A DNA stretch of 64,000 nucleotides. Source: a virus. Its lineage: Duplodnaviria > Caudoviricetes. The DNA lies in the IMG/VR virus record IMGVR_UViG_3300033145_002422; one strand, written 5' to 3'. The first letter of the stretch is position 1, and each line of letters begins with the position of its first letter. Below the pieces are notes generated by a model. That model saw only the letters and a program-made list of their open reading frames with translations. It had not been told where the DNA came from and searched no databases. A program made the position numbers and the translations under genes. Shown piece by piece: positions 17,401 to 27,629 of this stretch.

Positions 17401-20400
17401 TTTTACAATATCCATTTGATTATGGTGAAGATATTGTTTTATCTTCAATGGCAGATCCTTTTGTTAATAGTTATGGAGAAAGGACATGCAAAAGGGATTA
17501 TTCTCCTTCTTTTTCTGCGAATACAAGTGCATTTATGGGGCAAAATAATTTGTCTGGAGATTTAGCTATAATTAATTACAAAGGAAACACTCCAGGCGGA
17601 AGATATTATTTAACAGGTATTATCGCTAAGGGTAAAAGGTTAAGACAAATAGTTCAAACTCATACCAGGGTTTCTAATGATAGAATAAGATTATATAAGT
17701 TTTATAATTGGGACGATATTCCATTAAGTGATACAGATAGATGGGATAAATATAATTGCTTAGATCCTAAATCTAAAGTTGAAACATTCAATTTTACATT
17801 GAAGCCAAGGGGAGATGCCGGAGATAAGGAGTATAATATATGGAGAATTTCCGAATTGCTTACAGATGCAGAAATGATCCATAGAAGGTTTTTGAAAAAT
17901 TATTTAGAAGATTCTGCTCTTTTAATAAAACCTGATTTATGGAAATTATCTGACAATGCCAGTATAGAATTTGGTAATGTTAGTATAAAAGCGGGAATAG
18001 AAAATAATTATATCCAATCTGTTTTTTGGGCCGCTGATCAGAGAGGAATAATAAAGATGTATCTTCTTTTTGATGGAACATTTTTTGCTCAAGTTATTTT
18101 AGAAAAGAAAAGTATAAAAGATCAGGAATGGTTTGATATATATCTAAAATCTGTAGGTTTTGAAAATTTGAATTTAGATGAAAAGTTCAACGAATTAGGT
18201 GGAGTTGCTCAAAAAGGGAAAGCTACTAGTTCGCTAATATTAAATCTGACAAGCGGTATGTTATTTGATGTAAGCTATAATGTAAATAAGTGGATTTATG
18301 ATCATGATAAACTACCGTATTTAAGATCGTTTGCTTTGGCATTAAAATTCTGTTCAGTACCGGATGAAAATGATACTGACCATACTGGAATAGGTTTTCA
18401 AAACCTAGATTTTCTTAATTATAGAAATGGAGTTAATCAGAATTCTGAATTTAGAAAAGATGTGGAAGTCGATTTGACAAGCGCTGTTTTTGAGCCAAGT
18501 GGTTGCGCAGCAGTAATAGATCAGCTATCTATTGATACTCAACAAAGTAAAATAGATGAAGCACAAGATAAATTAAATATTGATAAAGAATATTATAATA
18601 ATGTTAATGCAGAATACCAGCATGCTATTGATGCTGATTTACCTGAAGGAACTATAAATATGCTTGATGTATCCGTTCAAGCTGCTCAACTTCAAATTAC
18701 TGAATCTGAAGCTGATTTATCTATAGAACAAGAAGAGTTGAATAGACTTAACAGCGGAGGCGCTTATAAGTTTAGGAATTGGGAAGCATATGCAACTGGG
18801 TCATTTAGAAGATCAAAAGTAAAAGAGTTTGAAGAAGAAAGAGTAGGAACATGGAGATATATGCTTACGAATGATCCGGATTTTTTGACAATATTTGGGA
18901 AGACTACAAATTATGATGAGAGTAATGTAGTAACTGTTCCCACTCGATTAAGGCAAGACTCATTTTATAATAATAAGATTGGAAAGGATGGTCCAAAGGG
19001 AGAGGGCGTGTGGCTTCCTCCTGGTGAATATACTATTAAGTATATTACAGGAGGAATAGGGTGGTATGGTCCTCCGTATTCAGTCCATGACCCGTATGAT
19101 TTATGCGCTGGAATATTTACTAATTTTAATTATGGTCCATTATCTACTAATGTTATACGATTTTCTCCAGGAGACAGAAATCTTTATGTAACTGGTGAAG
19201 ATGTTGAAGATGCTAATAAAGATAAATGTAAGAAGGTAACTCATTTAGGTGGCCCTGTTATTCTTTCTGTATGGGATAGGCAGAGATATGCTGACAATAC
19301 ATCGTCTCCAGATAGAGGTTCAGTTGAATATCTTTTAGATTTAATACAACCATCTCCTACAATTGTTAATCAATATGTTCACGATGATTTTTCTGGTGTA
19401 AAATGGAATTTAGTAACAAATAATATAGCTGGAAATTTCTCAGAAAATACAAGAATATTTGTAGAAAGTTTTGCTATAGAGAGACAGAACGGAATAGGAA
19501 ACAGCGATGTTTCTTTGGATGGTTATAAATTCTCTCATCCTTTATTAGATTGTATAAATATTTATAGTCAACAATCTATAGAGTCTATTGATGTAGAAGC
19601 ACAGAAGGAATATATTGGAAACATATCCATAGACCCAAGACCTTATGTAGAATCTGTGTATATGGTTACAAGGGATTTTTCTTATGATACTGTTATATTT
19701 CATGATTTTAACGATGAAATTTATACTTCATGGCAGGAATTTGGAGCAAATGCAGAAAAAGAGAGAGAGATATGGGATTTAATTAAAGAAGATCTTTTTA
19801 ATAAAAATGAAAAAAGGGGAATAACTAGAGAAGGGCCAGGAGTAGTTGATAAAGCTGCTTGTTTATGGTATACATGCATGAGGGATAATGACTCATTAAT
19901 GTGCCCTTCATCTTCGCAAGGTGATTCAGAAAGCTGTAATCAAATACCGGCAAAACAAGAATGTTATCCTTTATTGAGAGCTGATAATGTGGAAGGAGAA
20001 GTCCATGCATACAAAAAAGGAAGAATAATTTCATTAGAAGATGGTTCTATCCTATTAGGTAAAAATAAAAAAGAAGATATTTATCATAGCGTTTATCTGA
20101 ATTTTATGGATTCATATAATGGAAAAGAATCTTGGAATATAAATTCTATGCTTTATGGAGAATTTGTATATATCAAATATATTACTATGTATTATGATCC
20201 ATTTTTAACTAAATTAACAGATGAGCAAAAGAATGAAAGTACAGGAATTTCTGGGGATTTATTAGTGTCTATTTTGGGTTCTCAATGCAGAATAAATTTT
20301 ATAGATCAAGTAGGTTTAACCGTAGATGAAGGGAATTCTACTGGAAATCAACAGTTAGTAGCTAGTACAGCAGATGTTTCAGCTATTAAATTAGATTTTA

Positions 20401-22202
20401 GATCTGAAGAAGGAATTGAGGCTGAAAAGGAAGTAAAGGGAAAATCGAAAGTAGTTATAGACACTAGACTTTCAGAATATGGAATAGTTAATATTACTGG
20501 ACCTTTAATTGATAGATTAAATATAGTGAAAGCCGTTGCCACTGTTGTTTCTCCAGATGTTTTTGAGAAGTATAAAACAAAGGGAGTATATACATCTGTT
20601 GTATATGATGGGCATGGTAGAATATTTGTATTTTATGAAGATGAAAGGGATAATATATCTTGCGCTGTATCTTTTGATAAGGGCAATCTTTGGTATGGAT
20701 TCTATGGTATTTTGGGTCTTGATGGCAATGAAAAAGCTAGAAGACCATATACTATTATTGATAAAGTAAGTAATAAAATTCATTTATTCTTTGTATATAA
20801 AGATAATAATTTATGTGTAAAACAGATAGATACATCTATGTTTATATTGGATGATGCTTATAAAGGTTGGATTTCTGATGTAACTTCAGAAACTCAAGAG
20901 GAAGATTTATATTCTTCTTTTGGAATGGCTGTAAGAAAATCTCCTATAGCTATTATCAGTGGAGATGCAGGTTTAAGATTCGTATATGTAAGTAAATATA
21001 CAGATGGAAGTGTAAAGATGTATCGTGCGTATAAAGAAGGTTCTAAGATGATTAATTTTAAGAATGCTTCTTTTGCTGCATATAAGGATAATAATGGTTC
21101 GATTAAACTTTGGTTTACGGATGGTGATTATGTAGGAATTAAGAGTAGTTATGATGGTGGAATAATATGGAGTGATACAGCAGTGGATATTATATTTTAT
21201 AAGGATTCTGATAAGCAGGAAGAAGATTTATTAAAATTCAAAAATTCAGAACTGGAGATGGTAAATAAACAAGTTGTTGATATGGAGAAGGAAATTTCTG
21301 ATGCTGAAAATGATGGCGATCCAGCAGAAGCAATTTTTCTTTTACAAGATAGATTATCTAGTGCAGTAGAAGCAATTAGTGAGATAGAGACAGAAATATC
21401 TAATTTGGAAAAAGAAATTGGAAATGGAATAACGACAGAAATGTTAAAAGACGAATATAGAAAGAATACTTTTACGAATTGTTTAGATTTAGCAAATTGG
21501 AGAGATTGCTATTTATGTGAAAAACCTTTCGATCCTGATATTATTGAGCCTGGCGATATTACAGATAATGTTTTAAATACAGATGAAGAACAGTTTACTA
21601 TTTTAGAAACTCATACAGATGAATGGACAAATGAAACATCGCAAATAAGCGATAATATATGTTCATCTAATTTGAAAGAAATTCAAACAATTTACGATTC
21701 AACTACTGATAAAGTTATTGTAGTATTTACTTTTGGAAAATCTATTTTCTTAAGGGAAGTTGATAATAGTTTATTAAAATTACTAGATGGTTGTGAAAGT
21801 AATACAGATCGTTTATATAAAAATAATAAAGGAGAATTGACTTATTTAGGGTATTTATATTATAACATATTAAATTTAACTGAAGAATCCCCAAATAGAC
21901 CTATAATTATAGATGGACCTAGTGAAGATAGCGTACTCTATTATGAGTCTCCAGCATATAGTAAAGCCCCAAAGGATGAAGTTGCTGGAAGTATTCAGCC
22001 TGATGGGTATTGCACAAGAGGTAATTTTATAAGATTATATTATTTTTCAATAGAGAGGGATAAGCAAAATATTGAAGTTAAGATACCTTCTAATAGATTT
22101 GAAAGGGTTTTGAATTATACAGTTCATTCTGATGATAGGTTAACTCTTTGGGCTACAACGTTAGCAAGGCCAATGTACAGCCCTATTGTCTCTTATACAT
22201 AG
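14427..22202 (+). CDS. Giant tail-associated protein with poly-Ser linker, Cys-rich insert and C-terminal BNR/propeller-like region
   Basis: 2591 aa after the TMP; Asp-box-like SFDKGNLW and SYDGGIIW. Confidence 0.65.
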   Translation: MADTHTPRKGEPVDSTEIYADILNPSVHGDRVSCNYDPGNAFTEIQAEPWGDIPSYILPSNFIRYSFAFSPFIKHTNTFPYTKRDTVPPNTVSYYNKQQCEIRWAFNIKDLEICPEWFKVDWKAVNDELGLDRITEFAEDILKSASDTVDLSEDVINASTDPDLAKNITDTLSDLTDKVTSFDNYEDIGDYNNSGTVQNISNELADLLQRAWDSAGGMTEAAFNALEQLKKLSKSYPEIKIKADGYKLNDNFFISHFPDETRPAEVELYTADSRIPDTDSNGLEYTVGESPGDKIAKTIISEECINDAWGFRNKIEDVFPIYPPEDGTVYDPLGDNDDECHSIRISARVSEGKEEVCIPSRFVIQLIKRKQAGFYMDEEKECDKDNKIIVPSSSSSSSSISALSAIVNSNIFGTICSVPTGNDVELFDNNFINISNAYARNPFANIDLNNLDILGIEDRDEDVRFIYKYETCVCYYIASGTIRCGMTGKKPGDWVVEDAPSWWCDSAGAGDAGWTCGGVYKNIFDEWVCDVNIVWETSSECSLACPGEDPDCYLLPTPILPDITCCECPSSSSSSSSSSSSSSSSSSSSSSSSSSSSSSFSSGSSSSSSSSSSSSSSSGSSSSSSSSSSSSSSSGSSSSSSSSSSSSSSSSSSEECRMESWINELFVYFELQRGWRILLFRGKRPFHPIAMPIDKSLDEGRLVFDDNLVTPQSIAYCVDGSSSPTTYDFNLDLYELNYTRYMPGFDPPKATQYLGAAQWSYLFFGEDGRTDMFYPAGYYGEVHAYPTILHPDKLDTVYSLPQDGATVLPLNFRNVSNKARREKDRDNNGLFDLSLNNPLYVGVNEGDLYTKKYIDDTIDKIHNKYIDTPDKLKSTTVFTPPKVVHNTFTMHLCEQEVVVNMPIDAVSVGKAISLGVTPIYVLSLSRERQPVTKEDVLKICARDKKNSELILSGFAPLNNVYVSPYYSHRAARYSADYPSNISIESYRRVSKFLQYPFDYGEDIVLSSMADPFVNSYGERTCKRDYSPSFSANTSAFMGQNNLSGDLAIINYKGNTPGGRYYLTGIIAKGKRLRQIVQTHTRVSNDRIRLYKFYNWDDIPLSDTDRWDKYNCLDPKSKVETFNFTLKPRGDAGDKEYNIWRISELLTDAEMIHRRFLKNYLEDSALLIKPDLWKLSDNASIEFGNVSIKAGIENNYIQSVFWAADQRGIIKMYLLFDGTFFAQVILEKKSIKDQEWFDIYLKSVGFENLNLDEKFNELGGVAQKGKATSSLILNLTSGMLFDVSYNVNKWIYDHDKLPYLRSFALALKFCSVPDENDTDHTGIGFQNLDFLNYRNGVNQNSEFRKDVEVDLTSAVFEPSGCAAVIDQLSIDTQQSKIDEAQDKLNIDKEYYNNVNAEYQHAIDADLPEGTINMLDVSVQAAQLQITESEADLSIEQEELNRLNSGGAYKFRNWEAYATGSFRRSKVKEFEEERVGTWRYMLTNDPDFLTIFGKTTNYDESNVVTVPTRLRQDSFYNNKIGKDGPKGEGVWLPPGEYTIKYITGGIGWYGPPYSVHDPYDLCAGIFTNFNYGPLSTNVIRFSPGDRNLYVTGEDVEDANKDKCKKVTHLGGPVILSVWDRQRYADNTSSPDRGSVEYLLDLIQPSPTIVNQYVHDDFSGVKWNLVTNNIAGNFSENTRIFVESFAIERQNGIGNSDVSLDGYKFSHPLLDCINIYSQQSIESIDVEAQKEYIGNISIDPRPYVESVYMVTRDFSYDTVIFHDFNDEIYTSWQEFGANAEKEREIWDLIKEDLFNKNEKRGITREGPGVVDKAACLWYTCMRDNDSLMCPSSSQGDSESCNQIPAKQECYPLLRADNVEGEVHAYKKGRIISLEDGSILLGKNKKEDIYHSVYLNFMDSYNGKESWNINSMLYGEFVYIKYITMYYDPFLTKLTDEQKNESTGISGDLLVSILGSQCRINFIDQVGLTVDEGNSTGNQQLVASTADVSAIKLDFRSEEGIEAEKEVKGKSKVVIDTRLSEYGIVNITGPLIDRLNIVKAVATVVSPDVFEKYKTKGVYTSVVYDGHGRIFVFYEDERDNISCAVSFDKGNLWYGFYGILGLDGNEKARRPYTIIDKVSNKIHLFFVYKDNNLCVKQIDTSMFILDDAYKGWISDVTSETQEEDLYSSFGMAVRKSPIAIISGDAGLRFVYVSKYTDGSVKMYRAYKEGSKMINFKNASFAAYKDNNGSIKLWFTDGDYVGIKSSYDGGIIWSDTAVDIIFYKDSDKQEEDLLKFKNSELEMVNKQVVDMEKEISDAENDGDPAEAIFLLQDRLSSAVEAISEIETEISNLEKEIGNGITTEMLKDEYRKNTFTNCLDLANWRDCYLCEKPFDPDIIEPGDITDNVLNTDEEQFTILETHTDEWTNETSQISDNICSSNLKEIQTIYDSTTDKVIVVFTFGKSIFLREVDNSLLKLLDGCESNTDRLYKNNKGELTYLGYLYYNILNLTEESPNRPIIIDGPSEDSVLYYESPAYSKAPKDEVAGSIQPDGYCTRGNFIRLYYFSIERDKQNIEVKIPSNRFERVLNYTVHSDDRLTLWATTLARPMYSPIVSYT
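16134..16385 (+). repeat. Poly-serine coding tandem repeat (12-bp units and a 48-bp higher-order unit)
   Basis: AGTTCCAGCAGT units followed by about three copies of AGCGGCTCTAGTTCCAGTTCCAGCAGTAGTTCCAGCAGTAGTTCTAGC; 84 codons, nearly all Ser. Confidence 0.95.
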
Positions 22203-22223
22203 TAGAAAGGAAAATAAAATAAA

Positions 22224-25200
22224 ATGGCAGATGAAACTGAACAAGATCCAGTAGAACAGGGAATAGATGAAATTGATGTTGAAATTAAAGTCGTAGATGA
22301 TGTTAATGAAATATCAAAAAATAAACATGATACTGGAGAACATAACTATAATAGCGGAATTGTTTCGCTAAAATGTGTTATTAATGGAAGGTGCCCAATC
22401 GTTAGACAGCCTCTTGTTGATAATACTCTTGTTTTTAATTCTGAGACAATAAGGGGTTTTTCAGAAGAAGATTTACATAATCTACTTTTTGTTCCTGGAG
22501 ATGATGGTATATTTTTATCAACAAAATATGTATATAGATCTAATTTTCTTTTTGTTGGAGAAGAAGAAGTTGTTCCTTCTGGCCCTGGAGGAACAACAGA
22601 TTCAGGCTCCGTAAATAATCCTCCAGAATATAAAGAAGAACAATCTTGGGATGTTGTAAATAGCGTTTTTGATCCTAGCACAGATAGTATATTAAAACCA
22701 ACTCAATATTTGTCAAACGGTCAAACTCTTGGCGCTAGATGGACAATTGTTAGAGAAACACAGCATACGGATAATGAAAAAATATCTAATACTAAAATGA
22801 CTGCTTCTAATGCTGTTACTTCTTTTAATCCAAATGAAGCTCCAGATTCTGCTGTGTATGCTCCATGTCAGGGTGCTGCTTCTCCTACTACTGTAGATTG
22901 TAAGATACAATCAAGAGGAATACATTGGAGAGTTAAAAAGAAAACTCCATTGTTTAAAGGAGAAGATTTTTTTGTTGAATTCAGAGCAAGAGCTTTATCT
23001 CAAGATTTTAAAAATGTTGATTCTGTAGAATTTGAGGATTCTTCATATAATTTCTTAGACTCCGTTAGAAGCTTACAGGGCAGCATGGAAGAGTTTCCTG
23101 CAAATGCAGGAGTTGTAACATATGATATGAAAAGAGATGAAAAAAATGGAAAACCAACTGGAGAATGGGAAAAAATAGAAGAATCAGTACCATATTTTGA
23201 TTTGAATAAACAATCGTATTATATTATAGAAATGGGAACAGAATCTAGTGATATTGTTAGGTATTTTATTATTATTACCATGAAGGCTAATCCGACTTTT
23301 GTAAAAGTTGTTAATGGAAAATCTTATTATATTGGTAAGTATGAAGATACTATTGGAGAATCGCTAATAAAAGAGTCGAGATTTAGAATGACTGTAAGAA
23401 ATCATCTTGGTAAATTAGTGATTTCTTTCCTTGGGTTGGAAGCTAATCCATGGATTATTTCTGATAGAAAGATTAGTAAAGATGATGCTGGTATATTAAT
23501 TGTTCCTGCTTCAAAAATATCTATATGGGGTGGTAATCTGGCTGCTAGTTTTATTTTTGGTCCATTACAATATAGTAGTGAATATACATTGGAATTGCCT
23601 CAAAGTGAAAAGTCGAAGAAAAATCCTCTTAATCCAGTGGAGGCTTTTAAGGAGAAGGAGCCTTATGAATTGCCATTAATAGGAGCGGCTTATAATGTGG
23701 CTTTGCTTTCTTCTAGGGATAGAGGAATTGATGCAGGTTCTAAATTCGTAAGTAAGGCGGATGAAAATTCTTCTGCATCTGGTGGTGTTGTAAATACAGA
23801 AAGTTCTGTGGATGAAACAGGAGGAATATCCAGCGAATCTTATCTTGAAGGAAGAGAACCTATGTTTACTTCAGATATGCAATATGCATTGGAGGCAAAG
23901 GTTACAATCTCTACGGATGGAGAAGCATCTGTTCCAGGGCAATTTGAACAACCTATGGCAACATATTTTTTAAATACTGGTAAATATATTAAAAGTACTA
24001 TTGCAGAGAAAAGCGATGAAGAACAAACAATGGAAGATATATCTAATGCTGTTGCTGATGCAGTTTTGCCAGGTATTAATTCACCTGATATTATTTCTGG
24101 AGCAAGAGATGCTATTAATGATTTTCAAATTAATTCAAATATAGATTTTGCTCCATCTAAAGACATGGCTTCAAGATTAGAACTAGAAATGTTATTAAAA
24201 AAAGATGTTGATATCCAAAATGCACGACAAGAAGTTCTCGATGCCGGTGATAAGGTATATGATATAGAATTAAATTCAACTCAAACTGGAGAGCAGGATA
24301 ATATGGGGCTATCACAGGCTTCATCTGCTGAACAAGATGCTAAAGATAATTTAGCAGCGGTATCAGCAGGAACAGATTCTAGAAATCAAAAAAGATATAT
24401 GAAATTTTATTTAAGATGTAGATTTGTTGCTGGACATCATCAATTTGATGGTTGGAAGTTATTGAATTGCAAGACACCAGTTTTAACTAACATAAGGTTG
24501 GTATGTATTCCAAATAAAGATGAACCAGCATGGAAAGAAGAACCAGTAGATGTATCCGGTCATGTGATGAAGTTTTCAGATAGTTGGAGTTCTCAGGATT
24601 TTCATACTATGGAACATACTGGTTCAATATCTTTTTTGATAAATCCAGGATTAAGCATACCGAATAATCAATCTGAGTATTTACAAAGTGTTCAGTCAAA
24701 AGCATTTTATATTGAGGTTTGGGCTGGCTATCAAGGTTGTAATTATTCTCAGCTTGACGGTAACTACAAGTTATTTACAGGTTTATGCTTTGGAGGGGTA
24801 ATAACTATAGAGGCTGGAAAGAGAATAATGGATTGCCAGATAGTAGATTATTCAAAAATATGTCAGGAGAGTTATATATTTAATTCTCCGTTTTTTGATG
24901 GAATGAGAGACTTAAATGCTATCAGAGAATTATCAGATATGATAGGGCTTAGATCAGATGAAGGTTCTCCAGATGCTCCAGATCCCGGATATTTAGTTAG
25001 GATGGCTGCTGAAACTGAAACAAATGATAATTTAATTTGCGCTACTCCTGATGGAAGAGGATATACGACTTCTCCGTATGCATTACCAGCTTCATATGAT
25101 AGGATTCAGCAACCATTTTATAGGTTTGCAGATGGTTCTGGTTTCTGGGAAAATATGCAAACTTTGACTCAAAAAGCTGGTAAGGTTATATTTTTTGATG

Positions 25201-25739
25201 CTTACGGCATGCTCCATTATGAGGAATTGCCTATAATGAAACTTATGTATGGAAACATTAGTCCAGAAGATGTTCCTGTATTGTGGCAGTTTGTAAAACT
25301 TTCTAGCGATGAAGGACAGCAAATATTTAATTCTTTAGTTGATGAAAAAGCTGTTAGTGATGTTTTTAATAGTATTAATATTATGACATCCACACCAGAT
25401 TATGAAATGATTATTAACAGTGATGTTAATTGGGATTCTATTAGCGATCCTAATTCTCCTGGATTTTTAGGATATAAAAAGATATTTTTTCAGCAAGATG
25501 GTATATTCGGAAGTTTAGAAGCAACAAAAAATCTTATCAATCAGTATAAATTATTTTATCGAGCGCCAATAGTTTATAAATTTGAAACATATGGTCAACC
25601 AATTAGATGTTTTGATATCGCATCGGTTGATGGACAGAAATTAATTATTGTCAATGTTTCTTCCGAAATAAATAAGGCAGAGAATAAGTGGTGGCAAACA
25701 ATAGAAGGAGAATGGTATCATGGAGAAACAACTGTTTAA
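22224..25739 (+). CDS. Tail tip/baseplate hub-like protein
   Basis: C-terminal YIEVWAGY...LFTG...VIFFDAYGMLHYE...FDIASVDG hub-type pattern; synteny. Confidence 0.6.
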   Translation: MADETEQDPVEQGIDEIDVEIKVVDDVNEISKNKHDTGEHNYNSGIVSLKCVINGRCPIVRQPLVDNTLVFNSETIRGFSEEDLHNLLFVPGDDGIFLSTKYVYRSNFLFVGEEEVVPSGPGGTTDSGSVNNPPEYKEEQSWDVVNSVFDPSTDSILKPTQYLSNGQTLGARWTIVRETQHTDNEKISNTKMTASNAVTSFNPNEAPDSAVYAPCQGAASPTTVDCKIQSRGIHWRVKKKTPLFKGEDFFVEFRARALSQDFKNVDSVEFEDSSYNFLDSVRSLQGSMEEFPANAGVVTYDMKRDEKNGKPTGEWEKIEESVPYFDLNKQSYYIIEMGTESSDIVRYFIIITMKANPTFVKVVNGKSYYIGKYEDTIGESLIKESRFRMTVRNHLGKLVISFLGLEANPWIISDRKISKDDAGILIVPASKISIWGGNLAASFIFGPLQYSSEYTLELPQSEKSKKNPLNPVEAFKEKEPYELPLIGAAYNVALLSSRDRGIDAGSKFVSKADENSSASGGVVNTESSVDETGGISSESYLEGREPMFTSDMQYALEAKVTISTDGEASVPGQFEQPMATYFLNTGKYIKSTIAEKSDEEQTMEDISNAVADAVLPGINSPDIISGARDAINDFQINSNIDFAPSKDMASRLELEMLLKKDVDIQNARQEVLDAGDKVYDIELNSTQTGEQDNMGLSQASSAEQDAKDNLAAVSAGTDSRNQKRYMKFYLRCRFVAGHHQFDGWKLLNCKTPVLTNIRLVCIPNKDEPAWKEEPVDVSGHVMKFSDSWSSQDFHTMEHTGSISFLINPGLSIPNNQSEYLQSVQSKAFYIEVWAGYQGCNYSQLDGNYKLFTGLCFGGVITIEAGKRIMDCQIVDYSKICQESYIFNSPFFDGMRDLNAIRELSDMIGLRSDEGSPDAPDPGYLVRMAAETETNDNLICATPDGRGYTTSPYALPASYDRIQQPFYRFADGSGFWENMQTLTQKAGKVIFFDAYGMLHYEELPIMKLMYGNISPEDVPVLWQFVKLSSDEGQQIFNSLVDEKAVSDVFNSINIMTSTPDYEMIINSDVNWDSISDPNSPGFLGYKKIFFQQDGIFGSLEATKNLINQYKLFYRAPIVYKFETYGQPIRCFDIASVDGQKLIIVNVSSEINKAENKWWQTIEGEWYHGETTV

Positions 25740-25752
25740 TTAAGGAAGCATA

Positions 25753-25980
25753 ATGGCAATTACTACAAAAAAATTCATAGATAGATTGAATATGAATATT
25801 ACGAAGAAAATTAATTCTAATACTACTCAAAATCTTGATATAAATGGAGTAAAAAATAGTATTGTTAATGGATGGAGGAGTGGAGGTACTAGTCAAGCAA
25901 TAGGATATGGAGGAAGGTCTGATAGTCAGTTATATTCTATTGGTAATAATAATTCTTCGCCACCAATAGTAAGCGAATAA
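25753..25980 (+). CDS. Small hypothetical tail protein
   Basis: 75-aa ORF with AAGGA RBS filling the gap between two tail genes. Confidence 0.65.
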   Translation: MAITTKKFIDRLNMNITKKINSNTTQNLDINGVKNSIVNGWRSGGTSQAIGYGGRSDSQLYSIGNNNSSPPIVSE

Positions 25981-25997
25981 ATAAAGGAAATAAAACA

Positions 25998-27623
25998 ATG
26001 GCAGGAAATACACCGTGGTATCATCTGGCGTTTTTTGATTTTGGAGACAGGCTAGATGCTCAAATAAATGTTCAGAGGGAAGTTGATAGATTTATATCCA
26101 TAGATAAGCAATTATATGGATTATATAATGTATTTGGAAATGGAGTCATTAATGGTTGGGAAGTATATAATAATGGATTTAGTACAAATGATGGGATATC
26201 TATAGGAATAACCACTGGTAGAGGAATTATTAATTATATAGCAAGTCAAACAGTTGTTCCTCAATACTTAATTGGACTTGTTCCTAATTCAACTTTATAT
26301 ATATATGCTGCCTTAAGAGGATCTACTGTATCTAATAGATATGTGTCTTTTATTGTAAGTAGTACAGATTCAGATCAAATTAATGTTGGTAGTCTTTTAA
26401 TAAAAATAGCAGAAGTTGTTACTGGAGAAAACGGTGTATCTACCATAGATAATACCGTTAAAACGTATATAGATTTTGAACAATCTATATTAAATGCTAT
26501 AAATGTTCATAAACATAGAGGAACTCCATCAAAAATAGATTTGACAAGAGAAGTAAAAAACCAATTGCCAGGTGCAAGAATAGAGGGATTTGATGCTTCT
26601 TCTATTACCAGTGGAAGATTACCAGAAGATAGGATACCAGTCATTAATCATTTGGATTTAGATAATGCAGGAATTTTGACTCATTCTCAAATAGATACAA
26701 TGATTAATGAGTTGACAGGAACAAGTGTATATTTATTTGGCTCTGTTGCTACAACTGACTTTTTGAAGCAAACAACTTTTTTGAAATATATGTATCCAAC
26801 AGTAGATAAATATTTTTTTAATGAATTGTGTATTATTCCAGGAATTTCAGCTTCTTCGCAAGCTGATTATGTTTATACTACAGCTTTTATAGACAGAACT
26901 CTTCATCGAGTTATAGGATTGCCAGTAGATTCTGGAGATACTTATTTTTATACAAGTAATTTTTCTTTGCCATCAAAGCCAGTAAAAGTATTTTTGACTT
27001 CTTCTAAAGTAGTGCCGGCAAGTACTAGCGTTACATTCGGAGTTAATTCAGATAATTCAGTAGATTTTGACAACTATAGCGCCATTATTGAAAACTCTAT
27101 AAACTCTATTTCTGTTGAGGGGTCTAATTTAAGAGTAGGAATTAAATTTAATTATGGAGGACCACCTACTCCTCCTGACCCTTATTCTGTTTTATTTGAA
27201 GATTTTATAGATTTTGGTTTTTCAAATGATTCGGCAACTGATAACAGATTTCATTTTAGAATAAGATTTTATTTAGATTCAGGACTGTCAGATTTATATC
27301 ATACATCTTTTTCCCAGAGTGATCAAGCTGGATGGATTGTTGATGATACTTATTCAGTTCCAAGTATAGGGTATGAGGTTGTTTCTGGAGATACTATTTT
27401 AATTACCTATTATCCAGATTTGAATATATTTGATCCAAATGTTTTTTACTATATGGTTATTGATGTTTGGGATGGGGTTTCTTTTGTTAACGAAACTGCT
27501 GGTTATATGTTTATGAGAACGGCAGGATCTAATGTTGATCCGTATGCATATTTGCCAAGAGTAAATAATTTTGCTATAATTTTTGAACTAGAAAATAAGG
27601 AACTTGTTTTATTAAACTTGTAA
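25998..27623 (+). CDS. Tail fibre/baseplate-attached protein
   Basis: GNGVINGW N-domain, HKH motif, DASSITSGRLPEDRIP fibre-type motif. Confidence 0.6.
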   Translation: MAGNTPWYHLAFFDFGDRLDAQINVQREVDRFISIDKQLYGLYNVFGNGVINGWEVYNNGFSTNDGISIGITTGRGIINYIASQTVVPQYLIGLVPNSTLYIYAALRGSTVSNRYVSFIVSSTDSDQINVGSLLIKIAEVVTGENGVSTIDNTVKTYIDFEQSILNAINVHKHRGTPSKIDLTREVKNQLPGARIEGFDASSITSGRLPEDRIPVINHLDLDNAGILTHSQIDTMINELTGTSVYLFGSVATTDFLKQTTFLKYMYPTVDKYFFNELCIIPGISASSQADYVYTTAFIDRTLHRVIGLPVDSGDTYFYTSNFSLPSKPVKVFLTSSKVVPASTSVTFGVNSDNSVDFDNYSAIIENSINSISVEGSNLRVGIKFNYGGPPTPPDPYSVLFEDFIDFGFSNDSATDNRFHFRIRFYLDSGLSDLYHTSFSQSDQAGWIVDDTYSVPSIGYEVVSGDTILITYYPDLNIFDPNVFYYMVIDVWDGVSFVNETAGYMFMRTAGSNVDPYAYLPRVNNFAIIFELENKELVLLNL

Positions 27624-27629
27624 AAAACA

